IMG/VR virus record: IMGVR_UViG_3300009285_004753
Location: 1-28,279 of that record
Source: a virus
Length of the DNA stretch: 28,279 nt
Strand: one strand, 5' to 3'
Positions 26,388 to 28,279 of the stretch are shown piece by piece; position 1 is the stretch's first letter, and every line of letters begins with the position of its first letter. The notes beneath the pieces were generated by a model. That model searched no databases. It had not been told where the DNA came from and saw only the letters and a program-made list of their open reading frames with translations. The translations under genes and the position numbers were made by a program.

Positions 26388-26411
26388 TATACCACTACAT
26401 CGAAGTAAACT
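26388..26411 (-). promoter_or_regulatory. Putative phage promoter, motif copy 5 (GTGGTATA core)
   Basis: Core lies at the polymerase stop, upstream of the UvsY-like gene; upstream element AGTTTA matches poorly. Confidence 0.45.
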
Positions 26412-28279
26412 GCACCTGCGCACAGAGAGAGCCATCAGGAAGCGCCGCTGTCTGCACCTGTCGGAATGTCTCCCACGCTGACACTACAGCGCATACGGCA
26501 TCCACCTTTTCGGCCGGACCAGTCAACGTCATGGTAAGGTTCGGGAAATCGAACTCAGCCGGAACCAACTTGCCCCAACTGACACCGACCTCCGGGTCCG
26601 CCTTCAACGGGCACACAATCCACGGCCAACGAATCGGAGGCATTATCTGCATCTCGCGGATTGCCAGCTTCGCGGCGTACAGCAGTTCATCGGGCGCGAC
26701 GGACGATAGAACCGAGTCATGGATGAAGCCGAACAAGTACGATTTGAGTTCTGCCGTTTGCATTTCCCGCCACATGTGGATGATCGCATCAGCGGTAATA
26801 TCGGACGCCGTACCCTGCACGGGAGAATTGACCGCGATCCGCGCCGCTTTAGCGGCCTCTTTCTTGTTATCGCTGTACACCGTCGGCACAGGCCGTCGTC
26901 GGCCGGTGGACAAGTTATAGACGTACCCGTGTTTACGAAGAAACGCAGTCATCAGATCGATGTACGTGCGGATGCCGGGGAACTCGGTGAAGATCGAGTC
27001 TATCAACGATTGCGCCTCCGATTCCGTGATCTGAAGCACAATAGCGATAGCGTAAGCCGACCGCCCGTAAATCAGGCCGAATACCACGGTTTTCGTGATC
27101 CGCCGTTGTTCCTTCGTGACAATTTCAGGCGCGACGTGAAAGAGCCTAGCCGCTGTCATCCGGTGAATATCAGCACCAGACGCGAATGAGGCCAACAAGT
27201 ATTGATCGCCCGAAAGACAGGCCAACACCCGCAACTCACACTGGCTCTGGTCCACACTCAAGATCAGACCGAGGGGAGCGTCAGGCACAAAAGCGTCCTT
27301 CACACCGTACTTCGCTGGAAGCGTGTGCAACGACGGTTCACTCGCTGCCGTCCGACCTGATGCAGTACACCCGATCCAATACGTCGTGTGCACACACCCG
27401 TCTGACCCGATATGTCCGGGAAGCGGCTTCAAGTACATCTTGTAGATCTGGTTCTCATGGGCGTACTCGCCGTACCGCCCTAGAAACTCCACAGCCGCCT
27501 GCCAGATGTCCTGGTTTGGTGAACCGTCTCGCGTACGCGCGATGCAGTACAACAGGGCGTGCTCGCGGTACTTGGCTGCAGCGGAGTAGCTGGTCTCTTC
27601 GCCGCCGTCCTTTGTCTGCCGCGTCTTGATCGCATCCTCGTGTGGCGGAATCTGCAACACCTCGTAGAGCAGGAAGCGCAAGTCTCCCGACGCAGCGGGG
27701 CGAAACTTGGCCGGCCGTTTCTTCGTCACCAACCCGCGCTGCTCCAAGTGCGCAGCGAACATAGCAGCAAGCGGCGTGCTGTTGAACCAAATCTCGAAAT
27801 CGTCCAGAGCGCGGCGAAAAGTCAGCAATGAGGCGTCCAACACAGTGCGGTCTACCCGCACGCCGCGAAGCTCCATGTCCGACATCGGCAGGATTTGATC
27901 CAGCACCAACGCGCGGTAACCCGGCAACGTGCCTTGCTCCACCAACCGCCGCTCCATGACACCAGTCAATTGCCACGTCTTGTCAGCATCCCCGCACGCA
28001 TAGTCCACTAACGTCTGCACGGGCACCTGCTCCAACTGAGCGTACCCTTTCAGTTTACGGAGTGCCGCTTTCATCTCGTGCTTATGTGCAAACTGGCGTA
28101 GATGGATTGCAGCCAAACTCTCCAAGTCATGCGGCGTCGTATCCCCGTCCAACCAGTACGACGACAACAGCGTATCGTGTTGAATGTGCCGCACCTCAAT
28201 CCCAGCGAGACACAAGATCTTCAGATCGAACTTCAGATTCTGGTTTGACACAGGAACATCAGTTAACAGCTTGTTCATC
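26395..28279 (-). CDS. polA: Family A DNA polymerase with 3'-5' exonuclease, 5'-truncated
   Basis: ExoII NLKFD, ExoIII YACGD, T.SGR...EP.L, motif A DQSQCELR, motif B KTVVFGLIYG, motif C IHDS; ExoI is not in the window. Confidence 0.97.
   Translation of the reverse strand, partial: MNKLLTDVPVSNQNLKFDLKILCLAGIEVRHIQHDTLLSSYWLDGDTTPHDLESLAAIHLRQFAHKHEMKAALRKLKGYAQLEQVPVQTLVDYACGDADKTWQLTGVMERRLVEQGTLPGYRALVLDQILPMSDMELRGVRVDRTVLDASLLTFRRALDDFEIWFNSTPLAAMFAAHLEQRGLVTKKRPAKFRPAASGDLRFLLYEVLQIPPHEDAIKTRQTKDGGEETSYSAAAKYREHALLYCIARTRDGSPNQDIWQAAVEFLGRYGEYAHENQIYKMYLKPLPGHIGSDGCVHTTYWIGCTASGRTAASEPSLHTLPAKYGVKDAFVPDAPLGLILSVDQSQCELRVLACLSGDQYLLASFASGADIHRMTAARLFHVAPEIVTKEQRRITKTVVFGLIYGRSAYAIAIVLQITESEAQSLIDSIFTEFPGIRTYIDLMTAFLRKHGYVYNLSTGRRRPVPTVYSDNKKEAAKAARIAVNSPVQGTASDITADAIIHMWREMQTAELKSYLFGFIHDSVLSSVAPDELLYAAKLAIREMQIMPPIRWPWIVCPLKADPEVGVSWGKLVPAEFDFPNLTMTLTGPAEKVDAVCAVVSAWETFRQVQTAALPDGSLCAQVQFTSM

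Noticed and set aside
6-27898. Plus-strand ORFs (e.g. 394..1263, 12457..13455, 24540..25376)
   Set aside because: Antisense shadows of motif-bearing minus-strand genes in GC-rich DNA; no recognisable motifs.
13176-28279. Inteins or introns in TerL, RecA or the polymerase
   Set aside because: Motifs are contiguous at normal spacing; no splice or homing-endonuclease motifs seen.
1-28279. Stop-codon reassignment
   Set aside because: Conserved genes are intact in the standard code and TAA, TAG and TGA all end genes at sensible boundaries.
1-28279. tRNA, rRNA, integrase or transposase
   Set aside because: None recognised by eye; intergenic gaps are mostly too short. A covariance-model scan would be needed to exclude small RNAs.

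Overview
A 28.3 kb segment of a large tailed dsDNA phage or prophage, roughly 60% GC by eye. Every credible gene is on the minus strand and many are translationally coupled (ATGA/GTGA/TGATG overlaps). In transcription order (right to left): (1) Replication/recombination: family A DNA polymerase (5'-truncated), UvsY-like protein, DUF6765-like Zn-hydrolase, gp32-like SSB with a tandem repeat, RecA/UvsX, 5'-3' flap exonuclease, a single-chain SbcD-SbcC (Mre11-Rad50) fusion and a RuvC-like resolvase. (2) A sigma-like protein, a Mor-like protein, and putative small plus large terminase with no adjacent portal. (3) A DUF3293-like protein and a PG-binding hydrolase. (4) Small accessory genes including a phage Dam-type N6-adenine methyltransferase, a MazG-like helical protein, a PAPS-reductase-family PP-loop enzyme, a Cys-rich sigma70-region-4 protein like those I recall from Myxococcota, a signal-bearing SLT-like protein, and a second PG-binding protein running off the left edge. 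A motif GYGGTATA sits in five gene-boundary gaps, four with a TGnTW element at a fixed distance, suggesting a phage-specific promoter system. Family assignments come from motif recognition by eye, not database searches.
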